Shown in pieces: positions 1-14,754 of a stretch of DNA of 64,000 nucleotides. Both the position numbers and the translations under genes were made by a program. The DNA comes from Amoebidium appalachense (Eukaryota; Protista; Ichthyosporea). A model generated the notes under the pieces. It searched no databases. It was not told the origin of the DNA and was given only the letters and a program-made list of their open reading frames with translations. Every line of letters starts with the position of its first letter. Within the stretch, counting starts at the first letter, position 1. The stretch lies in NCBI GenBank assembly GCA_963693365.1, contig CAVNZM010000003.1:10384101-10448100 (forward strand), given 5' to 3'.

Positions 1-1085
1 GTGTTGTGTCCTTTATATCTGGAATATGTAAGCTTTTGGAGCTCAGTGTTACTAGCCACCTGAATAAAGAATTCCGTGCAGTCCAAAATCATAGCGACGT
101 GGGGATAGTTTTGCTTGAAACAAGGCAGGGCGTTTGCAGTTACGGCGGCTGCAGTAAATGCACCGTTTTGTAGTATATCCAAAAGAGGGTGTTCGAACAT
201 GCATTTAAGCAAATAAAAGCCCCGCCAAAACGTTTTTCGTGTTGTCTTTTCACCTATGTTAAACAGGAAGGCCATGTGGTGAAACGGGAAATTGTGCCAC
301 AGTCTCACAAGCACCAGCAGGATTGCGTTCTCAAACGACAGTGCTCTCTTTGGGCCCCGAGCCCCCACCCCGGTAACTGGGTCGACCCCCATATACAGAA
401 GGTGGAGGTGAAATTCGAAACAGAGCAAAATGAACGCTTTGAACGCATTGCCCGTTGTGAAATGTGTGTAGAAACGAGTTTTGAAGTCCGACTGCACAAC
501 ACCATCGTAGGTGAGTTTGCTGATGCAGTTGATCTCTTTCTCTTTCAGAGGCTGACCAAGACTCTCGTTTTTGCGCTCAACAGTCTCCATACGTGCTTCC
601 AAAACGGCACATTTGTCCCGCAACTGTTTGAGTTCCGAGTCCATGTCTGAAATCTGCTTGTTTCGCTTCCCCACCACCATATTGAGTGTGCCGATCTGTT
701 TGTTGAGCTCATCAACCGAAGTGTTTTGTTCCCACTCGCGACGACGCTTGGTGCGTCCGTCCTCCCCCAAGAGCAAGTCTGCTTCCCGCTGCTTCCCGCT
801 GCCTTTTGGCGTCTTCGGCCTGCCGGCGTAGTCCTTCCTCTTACTCACGTGTGTGCGGTATGGCCCCAGCCACTAAGGTTGCAGTGGGGCCGAACACAAA
901 TGACCCTTCGGGAAAATGGACATGGCACACCCCTAGATCCTTCCTCAGGTCATCTTCCGTGTACCTTGGCCGTATTTGCTTAAACCACGAACTAACAACC
1001 TCTGCACTGTGCCTTCGAATAAGCACCTGCTTACAACCAGGCCCAGCAGTGGCCTTGAGTGGTCTGCTGCACAACGAGAGGGCAT
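1..1085 (-). pseudogene. THAP + HTH + DDE_Tnp_4 transposase (ISL2EU / PIF-Harbinger-like), disrupted, continues past the left edge
   Basis: Minus-strand translation: MPSRCAADH, then a 1-bp frameshift at ~1057 (restoring it gives the second Cys), then KATAGPG...SSWFKQIRP...LGVCHVHFPEGSF...LVAGAIP (THAP C2CH core and AIP box). In-frame TAA at 841-843, a coiled-coil stretch, an HTH-like segment (RALSFENAILLVLVRLWHNFPFHHMAFLFNIGEKT), then AMILDCTEFFIQVASNTELQKLTYSRYKGHN, the first catalytic-Asp motif of this family. Confidence 0.85.
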
Positions 1086-1543
1086 AGTGTGGGCACCCCT
1101 TAGGGGTATACCTTTTAAGATTTGCAACAGAAGGTAAAAACTAAATAACAAGTAAGCATACAATTTAGTTCCCTGGTTTTACGTTTAATATTTTTCGTTT
1201 GTTTAGGCCGCGTAACGTGGTGCACACATGGACTTTCGTTTCCGTTTCGCAAACAGGAAAGTCTCTCGCGGCCCCCAACTTTTCTTGTGCTTGCCCTCCT
1301 TCTCAATTAGTGACGTCATTAAGACCGGACCCCTATTGGCGAGCCATCCTTTTGAGAACAAAACTAAGCCATTTTGAAATAAAGGAAAGACAACGAGTGT
1401 AGCTAGCCAATCACGCTACCTCTCAGATAAACAGAGCCTGAACAAAGAGAAATAAAATACAATAAGTTCTTATCAGGCAAGAGAGCCAGGTGTGCACAGA
1501 TCTACAGATATCTGTGCTCACAGAAACAAGGGAGAGAGAGATA

Positions 1544-4191
<2,648 letters not shown>

Positions 4192-4863
4192 GCTTGCTGG
4201 GCCAAGTGGCACACGTTTCAGATCGAAATGTTCAAACAAATCTGAGACATCACCTAGCTAGAATAGATATCGAAAAGATTGCACCATTGTTGTACGTGAA
4301 AACACATTGTACAACACAGCTTGACGTTGATAATGAGGCTGTCATCAAGTTGGGGATATACTGGCCTGAACAGCACTGTAAAAACAAAAAATAACAGCAT
4401 GAATGGTAACTGTTAACAACCTGCAAAAATATGTAAAACAAGTAAAAAAGGAATACATTTAAACATCTAGAGTATTATTCGAAAGCAAAACTTGATGTCA
4501 ACAAGAATACAACCCCCCCCCCCCCCCCCCCAACCCCCCACCCCCACCCCCCTACTCAGTCGCACTCCTCAATATGCGTAGGCTGAGGCTGCAATATAAC
4601 ATATATAGGCACACGGCATCACCCGGGATCACTGACGAATATTCATATTTGTTACACCCATGTACGTAAACCTGAGAATCGAAATCCCCCCGTGACGTAA
4701 ATACATACTCTATTTGAAATTTTCACCTCATAATCATTCTTTTCTCCTGCATATTACGGTAATACTAATAGTCTTAGGGCATGCCATGCCCTGCTTCCCC
4801 ACCACACACGTTAAAAATTTCGTTCCCAGCCTTTTTAAATTTCTTTCAAATTTTACCCGCACC

Positions 4864-5758
4864 TGAGCTGTGTCCCGGCACCACGCCGTCATTATTCCGG
4901 CCAGTGACTTCACCAACAGCCAATGGGGTGTCCTGGCTGTTGCTCTGTGGAGGTAACTTGACCTGCCTGTTGCTTTGAAGTGAGCCATCACTGCCACTCT
5001 CACGGGTCGAATGGGGATGTTCGTTGGGGGCGGTGTGTGTAGCATAAACGGGGGCAGATGGTTCGTGGTTCAAATTTGGGTAGTGGTGTGGGGTTGTGAA
5101 TGTTTGGAGGCAGGGGGAGTTCGTATCCGTATTCGGTCGGACAGAAGTTGGTTGGGGGCAGGGGGCCGCGTGGTTCGTATTGCCGTGCCCATGCAGCCAG
5201 TGCGTTTCGATCGTACGCCCGGGCATCTGTGATTAATGCAAAATAGCCGAGGTGCTCCCTCAGCCAGCCTGAATCCGTTCTATCCAGTCGGTGCGCTCGA
5301 TAGGGTTTGGTTAAACGAGAATTGCGTATGCTGGAGAGCACGCCTATGCACCTCTCCTTCTCTGCGTCCCTGTCGCTCAAATAATCGGTAGGAAGGGGAA
5401 AGTTTAACCGCCGTAGTTTCTTTCGCTCGCTTTGGAATGACCAGAGCACGTGTCTCCTTGTCCCTTTCAAGTGCCGCTTCCACCTCTGTCGCGTAACGCC
5501 CGACGCAATGTTGAATGCCATCATATCCTTCCAAAGTGACGCTTGCCACGGCCTTTGAATGCAACCAACCTGGTAGCTTACCCCCTTGTACACGGACGAC
5601 TTCGTCTTTGTTATTTTCTTCGCCCACCACTCCTCCACCGAAGCCAAATCACCAGCTGAGGGTTTGAACTTGCGCAGATTCTTAAGGCTTACATTTTTAT
5701 AATTAGGGTATCGGCGAGCCAACTCCCCTTTCGGCACCAAATAATCGATTGCCACATC
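4864..5758 (-). pseudogene. Multi-AP2-domain gene, copy A, 3' part (end of AP2 #1, AP2 #2, AP2 #3)
   Basis: DVAIDYLVPKG...KTKSSVYKGVSYQ...RPWQASL, frameshifted into GRYATEVEAALERD...RLNFP, then CIGV...HLGYFALITDARAYDRNALAAW...PPTNF. Collinear with 43118-44030. Confidence 0.85.
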
Positions 5759-5937
5759 AGTCGCACACATCGATTCAGTCGCACACATCGATTCAGTCGC
5801 ACACATCGATTCAGTCGCACACATCGATTCAGTCGCACACATCGATTCAGTCGCACACATCGATTCAGTCGCACACATCGATTCAGTCGCACACATCGAT
5901 TCAGTCGCACACATCGATTCAGTCGCACACATCGATT
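5758..5937 (+). repeat. Perfect tandem array, 10 x 18 bp (CAGTCGCACACATCGATT), at the LINE 5' junction
   Basis: Counted directly; responsible for the MCATES repeat in ORF 5000..5932. Confidence 0.97.
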
Positions 5938-6044
5938 CAAATGTCGCTCTTTATTATCTGCTAATAAATAGTATCCTTCGCGCATCCACCCCTAAACCAG
6001 GCCATCCGTGGCCCTAAGGGCCGGGGAACACCCCCATCCATGTC

Positions 6045-7229
6045 ATGGCACATGCCTATAATCGTTTCAGAACCTCTTTCAAAGTTCCATCTACACCCAT
6101 CACACATGTGCGACCATTAAAACGTCCAGCAGATACACCTACCACAGATGCACAACCAGAAAAACATCGCCTTAGACTAAGCGCAACACCTATTTACAAT
6201 ACACTACCCATTCAGAATAACACCACACCACTCCGTAGAAACACAATAACAACCATGCCGAAACTTTCGGTTGATACAGTACTGGCAGAACTTGCCCTCG
6301 TTAAGAAACAGCTAAATGAGCTGTTACCACTCAAGAACATGATAGAAAAACTCCAAACAGAAAATACCCAACTCAAGCTCACCATTGATTCACTCACAGC
6401 CCAGCTAAACATTAGTGGATCGCAAAACCCCAAAACTCATGAGCAAACATCTCGCGACGGAGACATTTCCACCCCAACACAAAACAACACAGGACCGGAA
6501 GCACAGCTCCCGGCAGAGTTCCTAGAATATGCGAACTCTCGTAAAACACCCGAGCTCCGCCAAATTGCCAAGGAAACATATGCCAGCATTCTTGCAGGCA
6601 ACGAGTACCGCCGCAACTCCCCTCCCAAACCGCCGGCTAAGGGGAACACCCAAGCAAACGGTAACATCAACATCCCACCCAAATACGAGAGGGTGTATTT
6701 CAAAGTCAAGCACGGCAGACGCCCACACAGGGCCATGTGGTCCATCTTCAAGGCTCTCGGCTTCCGGTGCTCTCGCATCCTTTGTCTGTCCTTCATTGGA
6801 TACGATGTGCTGGAAGTAGCAGTACGGGGCGACTATAACCGTGCGTTCATCCGTGACGCGACAAAGGGGTGTGGAAGCTTCTTCACCCACCTCCCAAGCT
6901 ACGACCCATGCGCGCCGGAAAACATTCAGAAAGCAGACAAAGAACGTAAAGTGTCTGCTAAGAATGCGTGCGCCACACGTTGTCGTGTACGCATCAGCAA
7001 GGCAAAAGAGTTCCTCGCAAAGTTGGAAAACGATGCTACGAGCGTGATAGACACGGACACGAAGGAACCAATGTTTTCTGGTGAGAAACTGCTCGAGCGC
7101 AAACGCCGATGCGAGATGGAAATCGAGCTCTTCTGCGAACTGTTCGCGCTGGCGGAAGGTCGTGCATACGACCCCGTAAGCGACAAGTGGGAACCAACCC
7201 CACAGGTGTCGGACCAAACCGATGCCTAA
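6045..7229 (+). CDS. LINE ORF1 (coiled coil plus putative RNA-binding domain)
   Basis: 394-aa ORF upstream of APE. Heptad stretch VLAELALVKKQLNELLPLKNMIEKLQTENTQLK. The block YERVYFK...FKALGF..SRILCLSFIG..VLEVAV...Y...YDPCAP resembles ORF1 of LINEs from early-diverging fungi (recalled similarity, not searched). Confidence 0.8.
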   Translation: MAHAYNRFRTSFKVPSTPITHVRPLKRPADTPTTDAQPEKHRLRLSATPIYNTLPIQNNTTPLRRNTITTMPKLSVDTVLAELALVKKQLNELLPLKNMIEKLQTENTQLKLTIDSLTAQLNISGSQNPKTHEQTSRDGDISTPTQNNTGPEAQLPAEFLEYANSRKTPELRQIAKETYASILAGNEYRRNSPPKPPAKGNTQANGNINIPPKYERVYFKVKHGRRPHRAMWSIFKALGFRCSRILCLSFIGYDVLEVAVRGDYNRAFIRDATKGCGSFFTHLPSYDPCAPENIQKADKERKVSAKNACATRCRVRISKAKEFLAKLENDATSVIDTDTKEPMFSGEKLLERKRRCEMEIELFCELFALAEGRAYDPVSDKWEPTPQVSDQTDA

Positions 7230-10200
7230 TTTATCCTTCTTCTTCTGGAATGCTCGGACACTGGGCCCCCAAAAGGGCCTCCCCCCCGGGACACTCGACG
7301 ATAAAATCAGCTACATACAACAACAGACAAACAACCACACGTTTACAGTGATTTGCGAAACACAGTTTAAAAACCACCACAAATTCAACTCTACATTGGT
7401 CGACACATCCACACACCCCGGTTACGCGAAAAACCGAGGCATTATTGTACTTGCCGCACCACACGTGAGAGTGAAGTGCAAACCGGTAGCAAAAACGGAA
7501 TTCTCGGTTTCTATAGAGTTTCTTTCTAATGTTTTTACTTTTGTATATTACCCACCATCTATGTCGGTTGTCGAATTGACTCACGAGTTGTCACAGTTAC
7601 CAATGTCCACTGTTATTTTAGGTGATTTTAACACGCGACTCCACCACACAGACACACTGCAAGTGAGTGTCGGGTACCCATCTAAGCCCCCGGAGCGTGC
7701 TATCCCTTTAGCAAGGTATGTCCAAAGTCACACTTTGCGGTTCCCTCAAATATCCCATGCCCACAACACCGACTGGGGAGTGGCCTTTTGGCCATCAACC
7801 ATGTCAAAACTCTCTCTCCCTCCTAACCTCTCTAGGTCATCTGACCACTCTCCTATCCTTTTCCTACCTAAGATCTCCCTTGATCTGCTCCCCCTCCCCC
7901 TCCCACCTTTCGCCTCCGTCTATCCCAGCTTAAGTCACAGTGGGGTAGAGTTGATGTATGTGTATGCTATGCTACGAAACACCCTATATATATGCGCCTA
8001 TTAGAATCTGCACAAGCCAGGCCAGATTCACATCTCGTACTAGATACATGCACTAACTTTATTGTTGATGATTTGATAGATCTCGGTGATTATGCTGGCG
8101 GTGGTAGGAAGGAATATCCCGATGCTCTCTTGTTACCAAACACCACTCCCGCTAGACTAGGTGAACCCCTGTCTCAAAAGGAAAGCTTGCGCCGGCTTGC
8201 TAGTATGAATCGATTTGGCCCCCCTGCTCGTATTATTGGTGATACCACTGGAGACCCCCTCATAGACTCTGATAAGTATTTCTCGGAACTGTTTAAAGAT
8301 AGGACCCCCGCTCAGAAACCTATTGTGTGGCCTGTAGACCCATCTATCCCCATAGAATCGATCCTCCCCTTTTTCAGTCCCGATGCCATATGGTCTGTGA
8401 TATCTAGTTATAGCTCTAGTAAGTCTTGTGGACCTGATGGACTCCCTGCTGGGTTTCTTAAAATCCTTGTTCCCTCCTACCCACAAAAGGAAAGTGATCG
8501 TGCTATTAAACCTGATCTTACTATCATGTTAAGCTCTCTCTTTTCTTGGTGTGTTAAATGTGGACATGTCCCGTCATCTTGGTTAGATACCTTAGTGATC
8601 CCCATAGTTAAGAAGGACTCTGAGGGCCCCATATCATCCTTTCGCCCCATTACACTAACCCAGGTTGTTCGTAGATTCTTTGAAGCTTGCTTACTTAGGT
8701 TATTTGCACATCACCCTAGGTTTCAATCTATTCTTCACATACACCCATGCCAATCCGCTTTTCGTAAAAACAATTCATGTTATGTTCAAATAATGGCACT
8801 GCACGATTCTATGCAAGTTGGTGCACAATATGTTGGCTTTATTGATTGGAAAACTGCTTACGATTCTGTCTCCCCTGGTCTCCTATGGGAAAAGCTTGCT
8901 GCACGGGGTGTACCACACTGCATTGGTGTTCTGTTAGAAGCACTCTTGTCTCAAACCTATGGTAGAGCTGTGGTTAATGGGCATCTTTCATATGGTTTTG
9001 CTCGTACTAGAGGTCTCTTGCAGGGTTCATTGCTTAGCCCCTTTTTGTTTAACCTATTTATAGATGATTTGGCTGTCAAGATTTACGCCGAAAACGATGA
9101 CCCTATTAATAACTTTCCGCCTGCACTTCTCTATGCTGATGATCTGTCCCTCCTTGCCCGTACCCCTAGACGCCTGCAAAGATTGTTCGATGTAGTGTCA
9201 GAGTGGTGCAAGGCAAACCTTATGATCCTTAACATAGACAAATGTGGTGTTCTTGTACCTGATATAGCTAACAATTTACACACATTTACATTATCATCTA
9301 AACCTGTACCTATAGTTCCAGAATACAAATATCTTGGTGTTCCGGTTGATTCTGTTGGTGTTATGTTTCCCCATATGGTCGAAAAGAGGGTAGAGTTGGC
9401 TCGTAAGCGGTTAGCTTTCTTCTCGGCTAATATTTTTAAAGACACACCCCTCCATCCTTCTATTAGACTTACATTTATTCGCACTTTTGTCTTCCCGGCA
9501 TGTGAATATGGTTTACCCCTTCTCGCCGCTTGGATCAAGAAAGAGAGAACTAGAGCGCTTAAACCCTTGGCAAATTTCCTTGAAGCAGAAGTTGCCTCCT
9601 TTCTATCTAACAACTGTTGTAAACCTGGGCCTGTAACGCTCTCGATATATGGTCTGGTCCCAATAGCTGCTAGAGTATCCTATCTCGCGCTGAAATTCAA
9701 TAAGCACATAAGCCGCTTAAAGAAGTATTTGCCCTCCCACCCTCTCTTCTCTATCCGACCTGTCCCCTCCTCACCTCTCCCCTCTTTCCTCCCCTCTCTC
9801 TCCCCTTCTCCCCTGGGCACAAATACAAATAAACCCCGCAATAGTGTGTGTGTGACTTTGGACTGCCACTTACTTATTAAACATGTACACAATCACAAGA
9901 TAATCACGCAATATAACAAATGGAAAAAGATACCACACGACACTAGACCCGATGAAAGCATACACCTTGAAAAACTAAGCCTTATGTCTCGTTTTATATA
10001 TACTGACCGCCTCAACCATATTGCCAAATATGGCACTCGCAAGTGTATAACACCTAAATACATATTACCTTCCTGTAGAACTGGTCTTTCTCTAGCTGAT
10101 GGTATTATTGATCAATTACCACGCTTTTACTGTACACGTGCTATACAGTGGAGATCTAATAAGTATAAGGTGGCATCATTTGCATGCCCAAACAACACAC

Positions 10201-10415
10201 ACACACACCAGTTTAACCGGTCATGTATCGCCAAATGTAGTTTGATAGACCACATAATACCGCAACACACACACGTCACATTCACAACAGACACCCAGAA
10301 AGATAGCCTACCTGTAAATTACAACATCCTTGATTTTATACTAAACACGCGTAACTACGACCTGTTTATTAGATGTATTGATTGGCTTGAGAAACACATC
10401 ACTACAAAATTATAG
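7222..10415 (+). CDS. LINE ORF2: AP endonuclease + reverse transcriptase, one frameshift at ~7884-7900
   Basis: APE motifs WNARTL, ICET, YYPPS, LGDFN, SDHSPI. RT motifs GPDG, FRPITL, QSAFR, FIDWKTAYDSV, GLLQGSLLSPFLFNLFIDDL, YADD, YKYLGV. The RT frame is open from 7884. The ATG overlaps the ORF1 stop (ATGCCTAA). Confidence 0.93.
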
Positions 10416-10419
10416 CGCA

Positions 10420-10486
<67 letters not shown>

Positions 10487-10518
10487 CCAGCTGATACCGA
10501 GTGTCCCGAGGGGAGCCC

Positions 10519-10561
<43 letters not shown>

Positions 10562-10758
10562 GGGGAACCCCAACTAATTGATTTCTCCTTGTAGTCTTTA
10601 TGGTGTCTCGTAGAGAAAGTAAACCCTGATATATAGTCACCACCCGACATCTATGTACGTGATCATGATATACCGCTGAGGGGATATTCCGAGCAAAACC
10701 CCCCCCCCCATACCTGAGACTGGTTCTCTTTGCCTCGAGTAAACAGCGTAAACCCCCC

Positions 10759-11002
10759 ATTGCCACATCCCGCTGGCGTGCAGTGTGCGACTATCGTCAT
10801 AGCAACCCACATATATGCCGCCTCCGATCCTAGCAACCCACTTTCCGTTGCGATTACAATATACACCCCGATAGCGTTGGCCCGTGTCTTTCACATTTCG
10901 GGTTGCAAATGTGCGAGCAAGTCCAAAGAGTGTCTGCCAGCCGGGAGTCCATTCCTGCTTAGCGTCCTATATCAGAGATGGAGAAAGCAGTACGGATGTA
11001 TA

Positions 11003-11046
<44 letters not shown>

Positions 11047-11050
11047 TATA

Positions 11051-11090
<40 letters not shown>

Positions 11091-11475
11091 CTTATATTGC
11101 TTTAAATAAAGTTTAATGTAAGTGTACCTGCAGCTGAGCCTTACGATCATTGCCTACCCTACCCCCCTCCCCCCTCCCCCTACGGGGCCCCCGCCCTGCC
11201 CTTACACCGTTCACTTTCAAACACCGGTACACCCGTACACCAACTATAAAAACCTGCCTACACTAATATTAACATCCAACAGTTGGGTGGCCATATTGGT
11301 GCTTTATGTCCCGTGGGCATTGTGGGTGGATGGTGCTACGTGTACAGTAGGCGCGGTTGTGTTTTTTAATTTTTTTTCTTTCTTTTTTTTCTTTTTCTTT
11401 TCTTTCTCTCCTTTACTTTTATTTCAACAAAAAACAAACTATGTGGAGGAAAATGTGTGTGTGTGTGTGTGTGTG

Positions 11476-11512
<37 letters not shown>

Positions 11513-11859
11513 AAAAAAACGCACACACCTAGGCCTGTTTGTGTCACGGTGTTTATGCGTGTCTGCGCTTGTGTGTGCGTGTGCGTGCCCATGTGTGCGT
11601 GTGTGCGTGTGTATTTATACATGTGCATGTGTGCTAATGCTTGTGCACATGATATTAGCTATAGTGTACGTTTGTGTGCGTGTGTGTGCGTGTTGGAGGG
11701 TTTGCATATATATGTGGGTGTGTGTAAAGGGGCAGGGGAGGGGAGGGAAGGAAAGAGGAGGGGGGGGGGGGGGGGGGGGGGGGGGGAGGTAAGGGAGAAA
11801 GAAAGGAGACAGACACACAGACACACAGACACACACACACACAGAGAGAGAAAGAGCGA

Positions 11860-11890
<31 letters not shown>

Positions 11891-11910
11891 AGAGAGAGAG
11901 AGAGAGAGAG

Positions 11911-11950
<40 letters not shown>

Positions 11951-12963
11951 AGGGAGAGAGAGAGAGAGAGAGAGCTAGTGAGAGACAGAGAGAGGGATGA
12001 GAAAGAGGGGGGGGGGAGAGATAGAGATAGAGAGAGAGGGAGAGGGAGCGAGAATGTGTGTGTGTGTGTGACTGGATAGAGAGACGAGGGGGTAAAGCTT
12101 GAGAACCGCATACCGTTGCCAAAATACCAAAGGGAGAAAACTGGCCAAGAACAGTCAGACCGTTCTGAATGCCGAACACAGTTTGTTGGGGCCCTGCGAC
12201 CACTAGGAGTTAGACTTTATTCGCAATCGTTGCCCTCTCCCCCCCCCCCCCCTCTTTCTCCTTCTTCCTCTCCCCCCACCCCCCCCCCACCCCACCCCCC
12301 CTCATCCCCCCCCCCCCTCCCCCTCCCCCCCCCCCCCCTTCACACCCCAGCTTCTGTACACAATTGCCAGCGGAATAAAACAGAGAGGGGGTATCCGGGG
12401 AAGGAAAATCAGTGGGTGAATGAACATACACAACACCAGTGGGCAGGCATACGACAGTGTATTCTCAGAATATAATCAGCACGCTTTCTCGATTCAGCTT
12501 TAGACGAATGTATACTGAAACAGGTTTAAGACCTAATCGTCGATATTGAGTTACGGTATCAAACGGTCACACACATCTCCCAGCACAACCACACACCTCT
12601 CGCCTGGGCCAGAGCATGTAGAAACCGTGTGCCCATCGACTGGACGGTGTTGGGAGTGATGTCACCCAAGCATGCCAATTGGCTTCTCGTTGCAGATGCC
12701 CATAGAACCCTCTGTACAGGTGCAAAGTAAGCAAACTAGAAGCCTTGGGTAGAATGTGAAACTCGATAGGGAAGGCCCAACTAAGGGTATCGACTAGCCG
12801 CTAAAAGCGTAGACTTTCAAAGGAGGAGGATTGAGACGCGGGGGATTTTCTATGTGAATGCCCATATGGCTTTGTGCTGTATCCACACAGGCATGTAAGC
12901 GTGCCCGTGCGCACAGGCTCTGTGAATGTAAGTTATTAGGATGGAATATGCTTACTAGAGTCA

Positions 12964-13060
<97 letters not shown>

Positions 13061-13072
13061 CGCGCGTGTGTG

Positions 13073-13136
<64 letters not shown>

Positions 13137-13520
13137 CGTGCGTGCTGCGTGCATGCGTGCTTGTGTGTGTGTGTGCGTGTGTGTGGGTCAGTGTGTGTGT
13201 GTGTTTAGACCTGGTGGCATAGGGTACTGTCTTATACACACAATCAACAGTCATAATGTATGCTATAGACGTGTTTGCATCTTTGCATGTAGGCACGGCT
13301 GTAATGTCAAACACACTACATCTCCAATTCCATGAAAGCTCATCTGACTTCCTCCCTACATAACTCGTGCTGTCCTCCCAGGTGTATGTCTGTATGTGTG
13401 TGCTTGGGGCGAGGGGAGGATAGGGTGGATATGTACCTGTCCTATCGCGGTTGCATGTTTGGTCCCCGAGACAGCCGGCACTCGCACCAAACTCCGGGCC
13501 AACATGTATGACATCCTCAT
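10759..13520 (-). pseudogene. Multi-AP2-domain gene, copy A, 5' part (AP2 #1 and upstream exons)
   Basis: QRYRGVYCNRNGKWVARIGGGIYVGCYDDSRT at 10790-10890. It has TAG where the paralog has TGG, and a (TA)n tract at ~11005-11085. Exon-like blocks shared with copy B lie at ~12114-12193, 12597-12793 (VDTLSWAFPIEFHILPKASS...GFYGHLQREA...RWAHGFYMLWPR) and ~13437-13520. Confidence 0.75.
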
Positions 13521-13886
13521 ATATGACAGGCGGTCAAGCAAGCACACAGGTATCTGAAATAAGGAAATGTATCCATCAGAGCCTGCCGAAAGTTGCTTTA
13601 TATGCCGGATAGCAAGTGTTGCACTCACTCCCCGTTGCAGGTGGAAAAACGTTTACCCTAGTCTTGCGAATTTTCCTTCCCCTTCTCTCTCAACATGGCC
13701 CAGTGCTTCGTACAGCGGCCAGTGTTGTTTTGTGTGGGTAAACGGAGAAGAAGAGAGCACAGATGGGTGTTATGTTATACACAACACAGAGACACACGGG
13801 AGAAACACAACCGGAGAGGTGGAACGATTTCTGGAACCATAGGAAATGAATCAACTGCTTGATATTTATTTCAAGATGAAGTTTCT

Positions 13887-14090
13887 TTTATCATGAAGAA
13901 GCGGAGTCGGCGAAGCTTCGACATCTCATCATGAAGAAGCGGAGTTGGCGAAGCTTCGACATCTCAGCAAGGCCTCCTAAATAGGTGTGCTATATAGGAG
14001 GCCTTGCATCTCAGTATTGGAGTCCGGCAAGCCGCGGTTTGAGTCCGTCCGTGAGTCCGTGAGTCCGTGAGTCCGTGAGTCCGCCCCTGA
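13887..14090 (+). mobile_element. Helentron/HINE-like 5' terminus
   Basis: T-run then ATCATGAAGAAGCGGAG (13890-13906; the 38-bp unit is tandemly duplicated), a short stem, and a GTCC-type microsatellite (GAGTCCGT)n at 14041-14083. The reverse complement occurs at 40539-40555 and 40671-40721. Confidence 0.55.
13968..14006. mobile_element. 39-bp miniature TIR element with 8-bp TSD (hAT-like)
   Basis: TIR CAAGGCCTCCTA / TAGGAGGCCTTG; TSD CATCTCAG at 13960-13967 and 14007-14014; empty site in the homologous sequence at 40671-40690 (reverse strand). Confidence 0.8.
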
Positions 14091-14537
14091 ACGGGGCAGA
14101 ACGATTGGCAGAGATTAAATAGCCTTATATGGTAACTAACGAGCATGTAATGCCGCGGACGTACACACACACGTCACCACCGTGCACCACAACCACCACC
14201 CACCCCCCTCAACCAAGGGACGCAGGGTGCTCTGGCGGACCCCCCCCCCCCCCCCTGCTCCCTTCTCCCCCCTCTCACCCCCCCCCCCCCCCCCCCCCTG
14301 CCTTCCTTCCCTCTCTGGGCCACTCCTATACCCTCCCTTCCCCCCCCTCCCTTCCCCCCCTCCCCCCCCCCCCCCCCCCCCCCCCTCGCCTCCCCCCCCT
14401 CCCCCAGGCCAACTCCCCCTCCCCCCCCCCAAAAAAAAACAAGTTTGAAAAAAAGAACCGCAACGTGAAGGGTAGTGGGTCCTAATTGGTCCTGCTTGGG
14501 GTCCCCCCCCCCCCCCCCCCTCCCCCCCCCCCTCCCT

Positions 14538-14568
<31 letters not shown>

Positions 14569-14717
14569 GGCCTGGCCTCGGAGGCCTCCTCACCTAAACA
14601 GATATCTCTCCCTCCTTCCGTCCTTCCCCCTGGCCCTCACTCTTCCTCCTAAACCACACATCTCTAGCTCTCCCTGCTGCCCCTTAGCCATTCTGGGCAC
14701 TCTGGGCATTCAAACCC

Positions 14718-14754
<37 letters not shown>

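Larger units (their letters stand above)
5759..10758 (+). mobile_element. Full-length non-LTR retrotransposon (LINE, APE-RT type) inserted in AP2 copy A
   Basis: 11-bp TSD ATTGCCACATC at 5748-5758 and 10759-10769. The empty site is visible in the paralog at ~44015-44060. Contains ORF1 and APE-RT ORF2. Confidence 0.95.

Noticed and set aside
5758-5937. 18-bp array as a CRISPR array or a coding MCATES repeat
   Set aside because: Units are contiguous with no spacers, and the array lies inside the LINE TSD, only accidentally in frame with the AP2 fragment.
5990-6044. GC hairpins in the LINE 5' UTR as an HDV-like ribozyme
   Set aside because: Only simple overlapping stems are visible; I could not build the nested double pseudoknot by eye. 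A covariance-model search would settle it.
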